Positions 1 to 10,239 of a stretch of 64,000 bases of DNA are shown piece by piece; position 1 is the stretch's first letter; each line of letters begins with the position of its first letter. The position numbers and the translations under genes were made by a program. The stretch comes from Enterobacter phage EspM4VN. Below the pieces are notes generated by a model that was given only the letters and a program-made list of their open reading frames with translations, did not search any database and had not been told where the DNA came from. The stretch is taken from the sequence record LC373201.2. The stretch is one strand, 5' to 3'.

Positions 1-170
1 AGTCAGCAGGGCGTCCAGGCCTTTACACTCGGTCAGGATCTCATCTGGGTCTTGGTTAAGACTGGTCTTTTCCCAACCCAGAGCAGTGCCCGTCACAGTG
101 TGCAGACGCTCGGTTTCCGGTTTGTTGCGAACAACTTCCGGTGCTACTAATACAGTGATTGTTGGCATGG
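1..170 (-). CDS. hypothetical protein (5' part; continues beyond window start)
   Basis: Minus-strand ATG at 170 preceded by GGAGGAAACC RBS. Open frame (MPTITVLVAPEVVRNKPETERLHTV...) runs off the window start. Confidence 0.45.
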
Positions 171-539
171 TTTCCTCCACTCGCCCAAATCGTTGTTCAG
201 AGCCATTAATAGCTCGTTATCTGGTTCGTATGAACCGGAACATAAATCATCACGCCATACGCCTAACGTCAACAAAGCAGCCTTGAGGCGTGGAAGCTGA
301 GACTTATCCGTCTTCAACACAAGCATACGACAGACTGCTTCTGCTTCGAACGTATTGAAGAGAGTAATCAGCTGATTCAATATGAGCCTTGGACTCTTAC
401 CGGGCACAAATCTCTTCAATGATTGGTTAATTAGCGAAATTCGCTGTATGTCTACCAGCAACTCATCCCATGAGACAGAATCAACAATGTAATGCCTCAG
501 GGCATACTCCATCAGATTGCTTTCGTCAACGATAACCAT
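147..539 (-). CDS. hypothetical protein (130 aa)
   Basis: ORF track; same strand as neighbouring early genes. Confidence 0.45.
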   Translation of the reverse strand: MVIVDESNLMEYALRHYIVDSVSWDELLVDIQRISLINQSLKRFVPGKSPRLILNQLITLFNTFEAEAVCRMLVLKTDKSQLPRLKAALLTLGVWRDDLCSGSYEPDNELLMALNNDLGEWRKPCQQSLY

Positions 540-568
540 ATAGATTAGTTCAGCTGTTGTACACTGCT

Positions 569-993
569 TTATTTAATCTGCAATTTTTCGATCAGCTGAG
601 CAATCAACGTGATGCGATCTTCTACTGTGATCCCCAAAGGTGCAGCCAGCAGCTTCAGGTCGTCCACGCCCAGAAGGTTCAGAGTCTCTACTGTGATGTT
701 GGTGGAGATGACAGCACCCTTCTCAAACGGCTTGCCGTATTTGTCACGCCCGTAGCGCTTGAGCGTACCTGCCAACCCAGGAAGCTCCTGAAGGAGTTCT
801 TTGGTGCCGTCTTGGTATTCGCACACCCAACCATACCCGCCAGCGTAGACGACGCCGTTGTCTCCCCTACGGGCATGTTGTCGACAGCACGTTGGAGGTA
901 GGATGGGAGGATGCCTTCTTCGGTTGCCTGGATGGCATCAACTGGGGCTGGAGTTTGGGTTTCAACTTTCTTGACTTCTGGTTTCTTGGCCAT
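569..993 (-). CDS. hypothetical protein, apparently frameshifted (about 143 aa if one G is added at the C4/G4 run 864-867)
   Basis: MAKKPEVKKVETQ... begins at 993 with an AGGAGA RBS. It is well-formed until about 865, then becomes S/T/R-rich junk. A second frame (..DNGVVYAGGYGWVCEYQDGTKELL..IEKLQIK) is well-formed from about 860 to the stop at 569. Inserting one G at the G4 run (gtaGGGGag) fuses both into one ORF. Confidence 0.4.
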
Positions 994-1267
994 GTTCGGT
1001 TCTCCTATAGACTGTTACGTATTTACCACAGCAATTGCAGCAATACACGTGCATTGCATACCCATCATCGTTGAAGTCACACCCACCACAACGACAGAAC
1101 AACTTCACGAACTGGTCGCCATGCACTTCACGGGGAGGGAATTGTTTGTGGGAGTATTCCCTGGTCTCTCCTTCGAATTGGAAAGAGTCAATCAGGAACT
1201 TCGTTATCCGGCGGTGTGGTCCATATGCTTGCTGGGCATATTTGAAGTAGACATCAGTGGTTAACAT
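962..1267 (-). CDS. small Cys-rich (zinc-ribbon-like) protein, 101 aa
   Basis: ORF with CRCGGC...CCNCC cysteine clusters. Its 3' end overlaps the RBS of the downstream gene. Confidence 0.45.
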   Translation of the reverse strand: MLTTDVYFKYAQQAYGPHRRITKFLIDSFQFEGETREYSHKQFPPREVHGDQFVKLFCRCGGCDFNDDGYAMHVYCCNCCGKYVTVYRRTEHGQETRSQES

Positions 1268-1318
1268 ATCGACCTCAAAGAAAAGGAGGCCGAAGCCCCC
1301 TTGTAGGTTTACTGAAGA

Positions 1319-2882
1319 TTACTTGTACAGGCCTGTCACATCAATAGACTTGTGCTGACGGTTGTACTCAGCCGTGTAATCATCCATCACCATGTATTCA
1401 CAGCAGCGGATTTTACTGGAGCCGTAATCGTTGGTGATAGAAACGATGTCACGTGGGTTCAGCTTACAGCGAACGACACGTTGGCCCACAGAACCGAAAC
1501 ACTCCTTCAGGTAGGCCAGGGAGCACACATGCAGACCGTACGAACACAGGTCGGTGTTGTTGTCGTTAACGAATGAGCGAGCCATACGCACGATGGTGCC
1601 GGGAGCGTTGCTGATCGTGTTGCTGTGCTTGTCCATGTAGTTGCCGCGCACGGATTTATAGAGGATGATGTCACCATCTTCATGAATCTCGATGTCGGAG
1701 TACGCCATGAACTCATAAATGCGCCCAGACTGAACCAGAGCAGCCGACGGGTTCTGGAACATTTTGTCCATGAACTTCGCCATACGTTCCAGATTGTCGA
1801 AATCACCTTTCAGCATCAGAGCCAGAACACGCTTGGCGATAGACGTGCCTGTGATGTCGTGGCCAGACCAGCGAACACGGTTGTCGGTCACTTCCACCAG
1901 ACCAGCAGCATACTTCGCGATGGCATCACGAGGACGCATCAGGGAGTAAGCCAGCTTCACGTCTTGGTCTTTGATCGCCTGAACGATGCGGTCATAGGCC
2001 GGATGAGAGGTGGTGATCGTTTCCGGCTTACCATCAATCGCGATGACAACGCTTTCCGGTAGAATCAGAATCTGGTGTTCGTTCAGGAACACATCCAAGT
2101 CTTTCGCGCCGAAGTCCTGCTTGGTCTTCTTGTCACCAGCCACTTCTTCAACATCTTTGATGACGACGGTGAATTCTACAGAAGACAGAGCCAGGCGCAG
2201 AGTGCGGCCGAGGATGGCATCGAAGTAACCAACACGGCGACGGGCATCCAAGGATCCACGGATAGGATAGGTTTCCCCGTCAACCACAACGCCGATTTCA
2301 ACGTTGCTTGGAACTTTGTCCGCACCTTCTGACAACGCCACAGAAATTTCTGCCATCTTGCCGATAGCTTCAACATTAAAAGCACGGCTGTTGCCTTCCA
2401 CTGCAGTCAGTTCAGACTTTTCAAAGAAAGCGCCTGTGAAATTGCCGTCGTTGGTGAGACACAGATACTTGTTGTGGTTCGGTAGATATGCCCCAACATA
2501 CCATTCTGAGTCCTCTTTGTCTTTGGCTGTCCCACCCGGCTGGACTTCGAATACTTTCTGCTCTTCCGGTTTGATAGGAGAGATCACAGTTACCTTGTTT
2601 TCCTCCTCGGTAATGCGGACCAGCAGAGCGCGAGCAATGGTCTTGGCACTGACGCTGAATGCTTCAGCCAGGGCGCGATTGCTCTCACCAGCCTTACTCT
2701 TCACCTGAATCTGCTGGATGTCTTCGGTAGACAGGGATTTCAGCGACAATGGATTGACGCCGAGTTCCGTGTCTGCAACACGTTGTACAGTCGAGCGGGG
2801 TATGCCCAACAGAGTAGCAATTGCGCTCTGGCTGGCGCCTGCCTTCAAATGCTTGAGGATCTTTTCATCAATCTTGTTCATC
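1319..2882 (-). CDS. rIIB: rIIB-like protein (two N-terminal HTH-like segments)
   Basis: Lies directly downstream of the rIIA-like gene, as in T4 and ViI-like phages. Likely start is MNKIDEK at about 2882, because the longer ORF start at 2968 overlaps the rIIA stop at 2913. Called from size and position, not sequence identity. Confidence 0.45.
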
Positions 2883-2912
2883 TTGTAGTTCCCACGTTGG
2901 TTAACAGGACTA

Positions 2913-5669
2913 TTATGCCCTGACAATGGAATTTGAAATAACGTCCAAGTAATCCGAAGAATTTTCAATCGGGTTCAGGGCGCTTGGTTTGTAGTTCTCT
3001 TTCAAGAACCGAATAACACGGTGTCGCTCGATGGTCAATCGATTGTCCCGCCTTGCCTTTAATGTCGGCGTCCGCGCAATATCGAATCGTGTAAACCCAT
3101 GTGTTTGCAGGGCATCCGAAGCGTATCCAAAGATCTGCAACATCTGGTGTTCTGAACGGAATATCTTTTCGTCGCGCTCGTTACTGTACAAATTCACGTT
3201 AAGAGAACTTATCGTGTCTTGGAAATGACTAAAACGACGTTTATCATGGATCGACACTGGGACTTTTGCCATGCTTTGATAATGGCGCACAGTCTGCTCA
3301 TCTAAGATGTCGTCCACAACTCTCATTAACTTGTTGTAACGTTTGACCAATTTGCCATAACGATCGTCTTCAACAACACCGAACGCCTGTTCAACCAGAT
3401 GGATCCCATATTTCAATCGGTCAGCCCCAAGTCGCATACGGCGGTATGATTCCAGTATGCGCCTGGCGCTATCGCGCTCCATCATAGGCTTCACGTTTTC
3501 CAACATGATCTTCAGAATTTCATCGATCGGGATGAAGACTTCTGGGAACTTCTTCATCATCGGAACCGATTTACGACGAGCCAAGAATATTCTGTCGTGA
3601 ATGTTCAGCATATCTTTGATGTACACAGGCTTGCCATCTTCATCCGCGTGAACGGCATGTTTGTACAGAGCCTCGCGGATGCCTCGCGCCGCAGCTGTGG
3701 TCAACGTTCTATCCATCACCTGGTGGATACACTCGTGGCCAGACACCTCAATGTAGACGATGCGCTCGCCCTTATTGATGATGTCAGAGATTTGTTCACC
3801 AGTCAGTTCTTCGTATTGGCGAATATCAAAATCACTTCTTGTGAACGGAAACAAACCAGGATCTTTGGTGACCGGAGGCGTGACATATGTCAGTTCATTC
3901 ATGAACTTGACTTCAGCAGGCTCCAGCACCGCACCCAACCAATCCATGAACTTGTCGGCGAAGAACAGATAATCGATCGTCGTTTCTTCTTCGCCAATCC
4001 AGGACTTGAAGAAGTCATGAAGTTCTTGGGCATTCCTGAACGCAGGGTTGTCCTTAGACTGGTTGCGCTTGGTGACATAAGAAGTGTTCGGTTTGGCCAC
4101 GATGACCATCGTCCCTGTATCTTTCAGTTGCTTGATCTTCAGGTTACGAGCACGGACACTGTCTTCTACAACCACAGTAACATGTTGACCGCGATCAATC
4201 CACTTCTGGATTTCTGAAATGGTCAAAGTACTGGACTCACCCCAGTCATAGAAGATCTCCATGGAGAACGGCGATGACAATTCATTGAACGGAGCGGTGT
4301 GGTCGTAGTCGCGGTCGATCTCAACAGGCAGCGGGTAACGGTAATATGAATCATGGAAGCGCTTGTCTGCCGGATATTCCTTTTCAACCATCTTGCGGAA
4401 CCCGCTGCCGAACATTTCGCTCAGTTTCGCCTTCTCCATATAGAGAGCAAGAGGACCGCGCTTACACGCCATCTCCAGGTCACGCATTTTATCCGTCAGG
4501 ATTGCATTGGCGGTCTCTTTAAACTCCTCAGAGAGCGTCTCACGCGTAAATTCGTCATATGAGAGGTCTTCACGTGATGGCGGTACGTTCAGGGAACCGA
4601 GTTCGAAGAACGTATAGGACGACGGAAACTTGCTCATGATGGAGGAAGTGTCTGGGTCCAGCTGATCCAGGTCAATCGGGTACGACACGCCACCCATCAC
4701 AGCGTAATGGGTGTGGTCGTTGCCCTTCGGCTGGATGTACGTGTTGTTGACCTTGAAATCGTAGCTGATGTCTTCCCAGCCGAAACGGTATGAAGCGTTC
4801 TCAACAACTGGACGTTGTTCAGGGCGCATGACACGACCAAGACGGACCAGTTCATCGGAGAACGCAGAGAAGCGAGCGTTCTTCACTGGGATCTTCACCG
4901 TCATGCCGTTGAATTCATCGGTGTCTTCCGGCTTAGGATCACGGGTTTCAAGATCTTTGGTGATCAGATCGACCGTTGGGATGCGCTTGGCGTTCAGGTA
5001 CATCAGGAAGCGATGGAGTTTGCCGTCCATGCGGCTTTCCACAGTGAACGAATCCGATACCGCAAATGGTGATTTTGAACCAAGGCCGAACGCCCCGATC
5101 TGATCATCGTCTTCTTCCTTCGTACTGTGGAAGAGTGTCGTGTACAGGCCGGGTGAACGGATGATCTCGCCATCTTCACGGCGGAACACCAGAGACCCAT
5201 TGTAGAACCCTGGGACGCCGATGACTTCAGCCGAGTCAGGGATCTCGTCTTCCTTCACGACCATGTTGCCTTCCAACAGCACTTCGTCTTCTTGGGCTGG
5301 GATGGCTTCGCCAATGATCTTCTCAAGCGGCAGGCCGATACCGTAATCACGGATTTCCAGCCATGGCTCAAAGTCGTCAGGTAGATGCACGACAACTCGT
5401 GTGCCCTTCGGTGCAAGGTATTTGCCGTGACGGGCAGGAGGGGGAGTGAGAGGCGCGTAGTGGGATGCTACCATACGGTGCATACGATCACGCATGCCAT
5501 GGGAGTCGATGGCGTTACAGGTGGTTTCACGCAGGGCTGCTGCCTCTTTGTAACGATATAATGATGAGAACAGAGTCTCAAACATCTTGTCGTTCATTTT
5601 GACGTTAAACGCCTGCCCCTGAATGGAAGACGACGAGCGGATAAAGTGCTCGGACTTGCGCATTTTCAT
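2913..5669 (-). CDS. rIIA: rIIA-like protein with N-terminal GHKL (HATPase_c) ATPase domain
   Basis: 918 aa. Motifs: ExxxNAIDSHG (N-box), IRDYGIGLP (G1), GAFGLGSKS (G2). About 900 aa with an N-terminal GHKL domain is characteristic of rIIA. Confidence 0.6.
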   Translation of the reverse strand: MKMRKSEHFIRSSSSIQGQAFNVKMNDKMFETLFSSLYRYKEAAALRETTCNAIDSHGMRDRMHRMVASHYAPLTPPPARHGKYLAPKGTRVVVHLPDDFEPWLEIRDYGIGLPLEKIIGEAIPAQEDEVLLEGNMVVKEDEIPDSAEVIGVPGFYNGSLVFRREDGEIIRSPGLYTTLFHSTKEEDDDQIGAFGLGSKSPFAVSDSFTVESRMDGKLHRFLMYLNAKRIPTVDLITKDLETRDPKPEDTDEFNGMTVKIPVKNARFSAFSDELVRLGRVMRPEQRPVVENASYRFGWEDISYDFKVNNTYIQPKGNDHTHYAVMGGVSYPIDLDQLDPDTSSIMSKFPSSYTFFELGSLNVPPSREDLSYDEFTRETLSEEFKETANAILTDKMRDLEMACKRGPLALYMEKAKLSEMFGSGFRKMVEKEYPADKRFHDSYYRYPLPVEIDRDYDHTAPFNELSSPFSMEIFYDWGESSTLTISEIQKWIDRGQHVTVVVEDSVRARNLKIKQLKDTGTMVIVAKPNTSYVTKRNQSKDNPAFRNAQELHDFFKSWIGEEETTIDYLFFADKFMDWLGAVLEPAEVKFMNELTYVTPPVTKDPGLFPFTRSDFDIRQYEELTGEQISDIINKGERIVYIEVSGHECIHQVMDRTLTTAAARGIREALYKHAVHADEDGKPVYIKDMLNIHDRIFLARRKSVPMMKKFPEVFIPIDEILKIMLENVKPMMERDSARRILESYRRMRLGADRLKYGIHLVEQAFGVVEDDRYGKLVKRYNKLMRVVDDILDEQTVRHYQSMAKVPVSIHDKRRFSHFQDTISSLNVNLYSNERDEKIFRSEHQMLQIFGYASDALQTHGFTRFDIARTPTLKARRDNRLTIERHRVIRFLKENYKPSALNPIENSSDYLDVISNSIVRA

Positions 5670-5740
5670 AGTGTAGAAATCCTATCAATGTCAAAGGGAA
5701 ACATATTGGTTGAGTGGGTATGATACTGTGGTGGGCTTCA

Positions 5741-5766
5741 ATTGAAAAAGCCCTCGGCTGAGGGCT
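5741..5766 (-). terminator. intrinsic terminator hairpin (GCCCTCggctGAGGGC + T-run on minus strand)
   Basis: Perfect 6-bp GC stem with tetraloop, followed by TTTTT on the minus strand, downstream of gene 5776..6123. Confidence 0.6.
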
Positions 5767-5775
5767 TTGTTCAGA

Positions 5776-6123
5776 TCAATCTTCAGTGGCAAATCGTGCC
5801 TGGAAGTTGAATGTCGGTCGGGTAGCGCCAGGCTCAAGAGTTTCCTCAAGGTAGCCCACGACGGTGCGGGTGACTGACACAGGCTCTTTGCGAGGGTTGA
5901 CCGGAGTCGCCAGTGCGATGATAGATGCCTTCTCTTCTTCAATGCGAGTGTAGTCCACATTGAAGTGATAACGGCTACCGAACGCGGCCACTTCAACTTC
6001 AGTGATCTGTAGATCTTTCAGGTCAGTGCTGCTCAGGGTTCCCACGTTTAACTGTGAGCGCAGATGCTCAACAATGTTGGAATACACATACTGTGGGGTG
6101 ATCAGCTGTTCAATAGAACTCAT
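5776..6123 (-). CDS. hypothetical protein (115 aa)
   Basis: ORF track; terminator immediately downstream. Confidence 0.5.
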   Translation of the reverse strand: MSSIEQLITPQYVYSNIVEHLRSQLNVGTLSSTDLKDLQITEVEVAAFGSRYHFNVDYTRIEEEKASIIALATPVNPRKEPVSVTRTVVGYLEETLEPGATRPTFNFQARFATED

Positions 6124-6278
6124 AACATATCCTCTACTTTTCGGGTTCAGTTTTACTTAATCGAGCGACCTCTGCGCGAAGGAAGAGGATTTCATCGGCC
6201 ATCATCTTACCTTCTTCAAACATCACCCAAGACCTGGACAACTTAGGCTCACCAACGGAAATATCCTTCAGGCGCTCC

Positions 6279-6482
6279 TCACTTACGTTTGCGCTTGTTC
6301 TTTCCATGGGTCTTCGCCTTCTTCTTGCGGGTTACAGATGGACGACCATGGCCTGGCATGCCTGGACCTTCATGGTTGGTGTAGCGTTCTGTCCAAAACT
6401 CACCACGGTGCTCCGCAAGGGAGACACTTTCTGACATAGCCAAAGCAGCAGCGATTACAACCGAAGACATCTTGGGCTTCAT
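6279..6482 (-). CDS. small protein with N-terminal hydrophobic segment and K/R-rich tail (67 aa)
   Basis: ORF; its start overlaps the upstream stop in an ATGA-type junction. Confidence 0.4.
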   Translation of the reverse strand: MKPKMSSVVIAAALAMSESVSLAEHRGEFWTERYTNHEGPGMPGHGRPSVTRKKKAKTHGKNKRKRK

Positions 6483-7147
6483 TTCGTTTCCCCTTTAGCA
6501 GCGTATGCCAGCGCCTGAACGATCATCACCGCCAGATCGATGGGTGAGTAGGTGCCGTTCAGCTCTTCGCGAACGATTTCCTCGATCTCATGATCAGACT
6601 GAACCACAGGGCAATTCTTTTCCTGACGGCGACGTTCTGTGTTGATCAGGTCACGCAAGAGCAGGTCGGTGAAGGAGTACTGGTCAAAGTTCTCCAGATA
6701 ATTCTGAATACCTGTGGATGCCGGGGCTTCCTGCTTGCCCTCTGCGGATTCACCTTTCAGTGCCAGGCGGGTGCGATATACGATACCGGATGCCTTCTCA
6801 CGGAAGTTGTTCACCTCTGTGAAGTTCACTGGTTTACCCCACGCGTTGGTTACAGGGTTGGAGCAGGTCTGAGCGAATAGTTCAGACCATGCGTCATCCA
6901 GATGCACTACAGCAGCAGCCAGTTCATCCTGGTTTGGCATTCTAGGGGAAGCCACCGCATTAGGATCCCTCAGGGCGGCGACAGTGGCATCAATATCCCA
7001 CAGAGGGTTCAGCAACAGCAGAAGATTGACTGCGTTACCTGACTCTGAAGTCGGATTCTTGCCCAGCACCTTGTACAGGGTCTTCAGTGTATCGTCAAAT
7101 GTCAGAACGGTGTGTGCCAGTTCTTCATAAGTTGGTTTGGTAGTCAT
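6479..7147 (-). CDS. hypothetical protein (222 aa)
   Basis: ORF track, translationally coupled to neighbours. Confidence 0.5.
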   Translation of the reverse strand: MTTKPTYEELAHTVLTFDDTLKTLYKVLGKNPTSESGNAVNLLLLLNPLWDIDATVAALRDPNAVASPRMPNQDELAAAVVHLDDAWSELFAQTCSNPVTNAWGKPVNFTEVNNFREKASGIVYRTRLALKGESAEGKQEAPASTGIQNYLENFDQYSFTDLLLRDLINTERRRQEKNCPVVQSDHEIEEIVREELNGTYSPIDLAVMIVQALAYAAKGETK

Positions 7148-7521
7148 CAGCGTTTGCTCCGGCGTTTGTTCTTCATTTTAGTGGCCTGACGTTTTTGAGC
7201 AGCGGCTCCACGCAGGCGTGTGGGTTCTTGATAGCGGCGGTCGGCATAGAACTCCCGCATATCACATTCAGCAGACATCTCCGTGTCTCGTTGTTTCAGC
7301 TTGGCGATCAATTCCTTGGTGCCAGGCATCTGCTGTAACTCGTCGCAGATGATCATGCGCTCGCCAGGTTCACTCCGGCGCTTCGGGATATCATCGGGTG
7401 TAATGTGAACAACTTCCACTCCTGGCAGCTTCTCTTCCAGCAGGATCTTGATCAACCGAGAGCCCAGTCCGGCTCCAACAATCGCAATCTTTCTTGGCTT
7501 GTCTGTCATGTTCTTGTCCAT
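7147..7521 (-). CDS. hypothetical protein with Rossmann-type GxGxxG motif (KIAIVGAGLGS), 124 aa
   Basis: ORF; N-terminal dinucleotide-binding-like motif. Confidence 0.45.
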   Translation of the reverse strand: MDKNMTDKPRKIAIVGAGLGSRLIKILLEEKLPGVEVVHITPDDIPKRRSEPGERMIICDELQQMPGTKELIAKLKQRDTEMSAECDMREFYADRRYQEPTRLRGAAAQKRQATKMKNKRRSKR

Positions 7522-7571
7522 GAAAAAGGGGATAGAGCAATAATACCCTATCCCCTTTTATTGAAGAACGA

Positions 7572-8018
7572 TTAGACTTCAGAGTCGGTTTCTTTTGCGA
7601 TCTGTGTCGTAAGGTCATTAGACCAACGACGCATGTCTAAAACGGGCTTTCCGTTAGGTGCCATGATGTAGATGGTATTGATCGTCTCAAACCAAGACAG
7701 TTCTTCAACCCCTTTAGTGTAAGGAGTTACAGGTACGGAAGTCTTCACATCCTTGCCCTTTACACCAGGATGGGTTTCCGCCAGCCTTAACAGGGCACAG
7801 CGACCAGCTTGGTCTATAACGCCCTCTTCGAACATCACGATCTTCTTGCGAGGATGATTGGCTTCACCCAGGCACACCACCAGATGATGGATCATCTCCG
7901 GACGGTTGATCAACGTGTCGTCACGGATGATCCCCTGCTTAACAGCGGAGATCACCACTTCGTCCAACAGCGCCTGCTGCTGGTCCAGCGTCAGTGATTC
8001 AGTAAGTTTCAGTGCCAT
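7572..8018 (-). CDS. hypothetical protein (about 148 aa; start MALKLTE)
   Basis: ORF track. The internal ATG at 8018 overlaps the stop of a small upstream ORF in a TAATG junction. Confidence 0.45.
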   Translation of the reverse strand: MALKLTESLTLDQQQALLDEVVISAVKQGIIRDDTLINRPEMIHHLVVCLGEANHPRKKIVMFEEGVIDQAGRCALLRLAETHPGVKGKDVKTSVPVTPYTKGVEELSWFETINTIYIMAPNGKPVLDMRRWSNDLTTQIAKETDSEV

Positions 8019-8146
8019 TATTCGTACCCCAGGCATTTGTTTAAGAAGGTCAGAACGTCATCCATGGTCTTGACTTCAATTTCAATACCGAGTTCCTTTG
8101 CCAGCGTGTTAGCATGCTGGACAATTTCTTTATCACGTTCTGACAT
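8018..8146 (-). CDS. small ORF (42 aa, MSERDKEIVQHANTLAKELGIEIEVKTMDDVLTFLNKCLGYE)
   Basis: Below the ORF-track size cutoff. It fills the gap between flanking genes and overlaps the downstream start. Confidence 0.3.
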   Translation of the reverse strand: MSERDKEIVQHANTLAKELGIEIEVKTMDDVLTFLNKCLGYE

Positions 8147-8150
8147 GATA

Positions 8151-8720
8151 TCAGCCTTTGAAGTTGATCGGTTTCTGAACCCCAGCGTCAAACGCGGCCT
8201 GGGTACGGGTATCGCTCACCACCTGACAGGTCTTATCAAGATCGATGCGCGGGTAGCCAAACATGCCAGCAATCAACGAACCAGGGAACTGAGCCAGCTT
8301 GGTCTCGTACATCGCGCAGATGTCCAGCTTCTTGGTCTGGCTGATGCGGAATTCATCACGCCCAGAACTGATCACCACCTGGATCTCTTTGTACAGGCTG
8401 GAATCAAACTGAATGTTCTGCTCCTGGATCCACTGCATGACAGCCTTGGAACCATCAGCGCCATAACGCCCTTCGAACGTACCTTTGATCACTTCCTTCA
8501 GGCCGTCTTTGTACATGTCAGGAATCTGCGCCGTCTCCTGAACTTTGAGCGTGTAGTTGCTCAGGTAGTTCTCGGAGTCTTTGTTGAACTTCTTGACCTG
8601 CTGCTCAGTGCGGTTGAAGTCGTTGAAGTAGCTGATGACAGTGCCGATGCCGACAACAACAGCAGCCAGTAAAGCCAAACCAACGATCCAACCTGTTGCA
8701 ATACCCTTAGATTGAGACAT
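8151..8720 (-). CDS. lemA: LemA-family protein (N-terminal TM helix)
   Basis: TM helix, then YFNDFNRTEQQV and a C-terminal AQFPGSLIAGMFGY segment resembling the LemA KFPTNLVAGMFGF signature. Confidence 0.5.
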   Translation of the reverse strand: MSQSKGIATGWIVGLALLAAVVVGIGTVISYFNDFNRTEQQVKKFNKDSENYLSNYTLKVQETAQIPDMYKDGLKEVIKGTFEGRYGADGSKAVMQWIQEQNIQFDSSLYKEIQVVISSGRDEFRISQTKKLDICAMYETKLAQFPGSLIAGMFGYPRIDLDKTCQVVSDTRTQAAFDAGVQKPINFKG

Positions 8721-8739
8721 TCTTTACTTCCTCTTTTGA

Positions 8740-9855
8740 TTAAAAATTAAACGGATAACGACGACGGCCACCATTGTACTCCATTCGCTGCAATATGAAA
8801 ATTGCGGTGAACGGCAGACAGCCCAGCAGAACAACAATCACAACTTCCCAGGTCTTGAGTTCCCGCCACTTCAGGTACTCCATTTCCTTCATCTCAACCC
8901 GGTTGTAACCTTTGGTGATGTTGGCAACAACGTCTGCCATGACGCCGATACCCATATCATGCCCGGTCAGGTCCATACCGTTGCGGGAGTGGAGTTCACG
9001 GTTGTGCATACCATCAGCGAACGAAGTGCTCTTACCCCAATTGATCTTCAGGTCTTTGCTGATATCGGTCACGACGATAACGTCGTTCTTTTTACCGCCA
9101 TCCCAAGCATAGACCAAGCCCTGGAAGTATTCAACTGGCTGACCGGAAGTCACAACCCAGACGATATTCACCTGCTTGGCTGCGCCCAGCTTCTTCAGGA
9201 CATCGTTCAGATAGTCGTTCCAGTATGTGGTCGGCAACGCCAGACCAGACACGTTCAGGACACGAGTGACACGATAATAGTCATAGACTTCAGGATACTT
9301 CGGAATCTTGTCTTTGAAGCGCTCGGCAAACTGCTGGTCTGAGCGAGAGAACAGAGAGTCCTTGTTGCCCAGCACATAGTTCATGTAGGAATGCTCACGG
9401 GCTGCGGGTTCGCCGATCTGAACCTGCGCCCAGCGCGGCGGCTGACCAAGACCACGGCGGTCGATACGGTCGATTGTCAGGTTGCCAACAGTCGTCAGCA
9501 CATCCCAATCCACGTCGTATGAATGCTCATAGCAGGTACTACAATGGCGGGTACGGGTGCAGGACTTGCTGCTACCGGAGCCGGAGCATGATGTGGTGTA
9601 ATAGCAGTTGCATTGATACGAGTGCTCACAGCTTACCTTATTCCGCTCCTTTGCAGTGACGTACCCGTTCAGGATCTCAACATCCCCTGAACTGCCGAGG
9701 GAGAACGCCGCATAAGCCCCGGCCTGAATCAGACATGACAACACCACTACAATCGCCGTTGCGCCCAAGGTCTCTTTCGGCTCATGGGTCTTGCGGTGGT
9801 AGACCACAAACAGGATGGCCAGTATCAATGGCACACCAAACAGGAGGTAGATCAT
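8740..9855 (-). CDS. Cys-rich integral membrane protein (371 aa)
   Basis: N-terminal TM helices, a cysteine-dense segment (CEHSYQCNCYYTTSCSGSGSSKSCTRTRHCSTCYEH), and C-terminal TM helices. Confidence 0.5.
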   Translation of the reverse strand: MIYLLFGVPLILAILFVVYHRKTHEPKETLGATAIVVVLSCLIQAGAYAAFSLGSSGDVEILNGYVTAKERNKVSCEHSYQCNCYYTTSCSGSGSSKSCTRTRHCSTCYEHSYDVDWDVLTTVGNLTIDRIDRRGLGQPPRWAQVQIGEPAAREHSYMNYVLGNKDSLFSRSDQQFAERFKDKIPKYPEVYDYYRVTRVLNVSGLALPTTYWNDYLNDVLKKLGAAKQVNIVWVVTSGQPVEYFQGLVYAWDGGKKNDVIVVTDISKDLKINWGKSTSFADGMHNRELHSRNGMDLTGHDMGIGVMADVVANITKGYNRVEMKEMEYLKWRELKTWEVVIVVLLGCLPFTAIFILQRMEYNGGRRRYPFNF

Positions 9856-10239
9856 AACACACCGTCCACGAGTTGAGCCTTGGACATCCCAAGGAGTTGA
9901 TTTCTGTGGGCAGTATGCGCTCCATTTCTTTTCAACAACACCCAGCGTTCATCATGATATTTGGGATCCAGGGCTTCATCAAAAGAAACATGATGAGTAA
10001 ACATAATCGCAGCTACTGAATGAAGAACATGTGCCGTAGCCCTTTTCAAAGCGCGATCACTAACGATCTGATCTTCATATTCAAGACCCATGAGATCCAG
10101 TTCTTTGAAAATATATGCAAAGGACAATTCACCCTGAGAATACATACGAACAATGGCATCCTTTTTAGGATGAAGAGTACCATCTGTTTCTTTCATGAAC
10201 AGATCATACAGATACTGCTTGTATTCAGACTTTGTCATC
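9852..10239 (-). CDS. hypothetical protein (start MTKSEYKQ)
   Basis: ORF. The internal start at 10239 makes an ATGA-type overlap with the upstream gene stop at 10235. Confidence 0.4.

Noticed and set aside
3597-4217. 206-aa plus-strand ORF
   Set aside because: Antisense shadow inside rIIA.
5665-5704. TTGACA-N18-TATGAA sigma70-like promoter upstream of rIIA
   Set aside because: The -10 overlaps the ATG start codon, leaving no leader or RBS. Probably fortuitous.
8037-8672. 211-aa plus-strand ORF
   Set aside because: Antisense to the LemA-family gene. No RBS.
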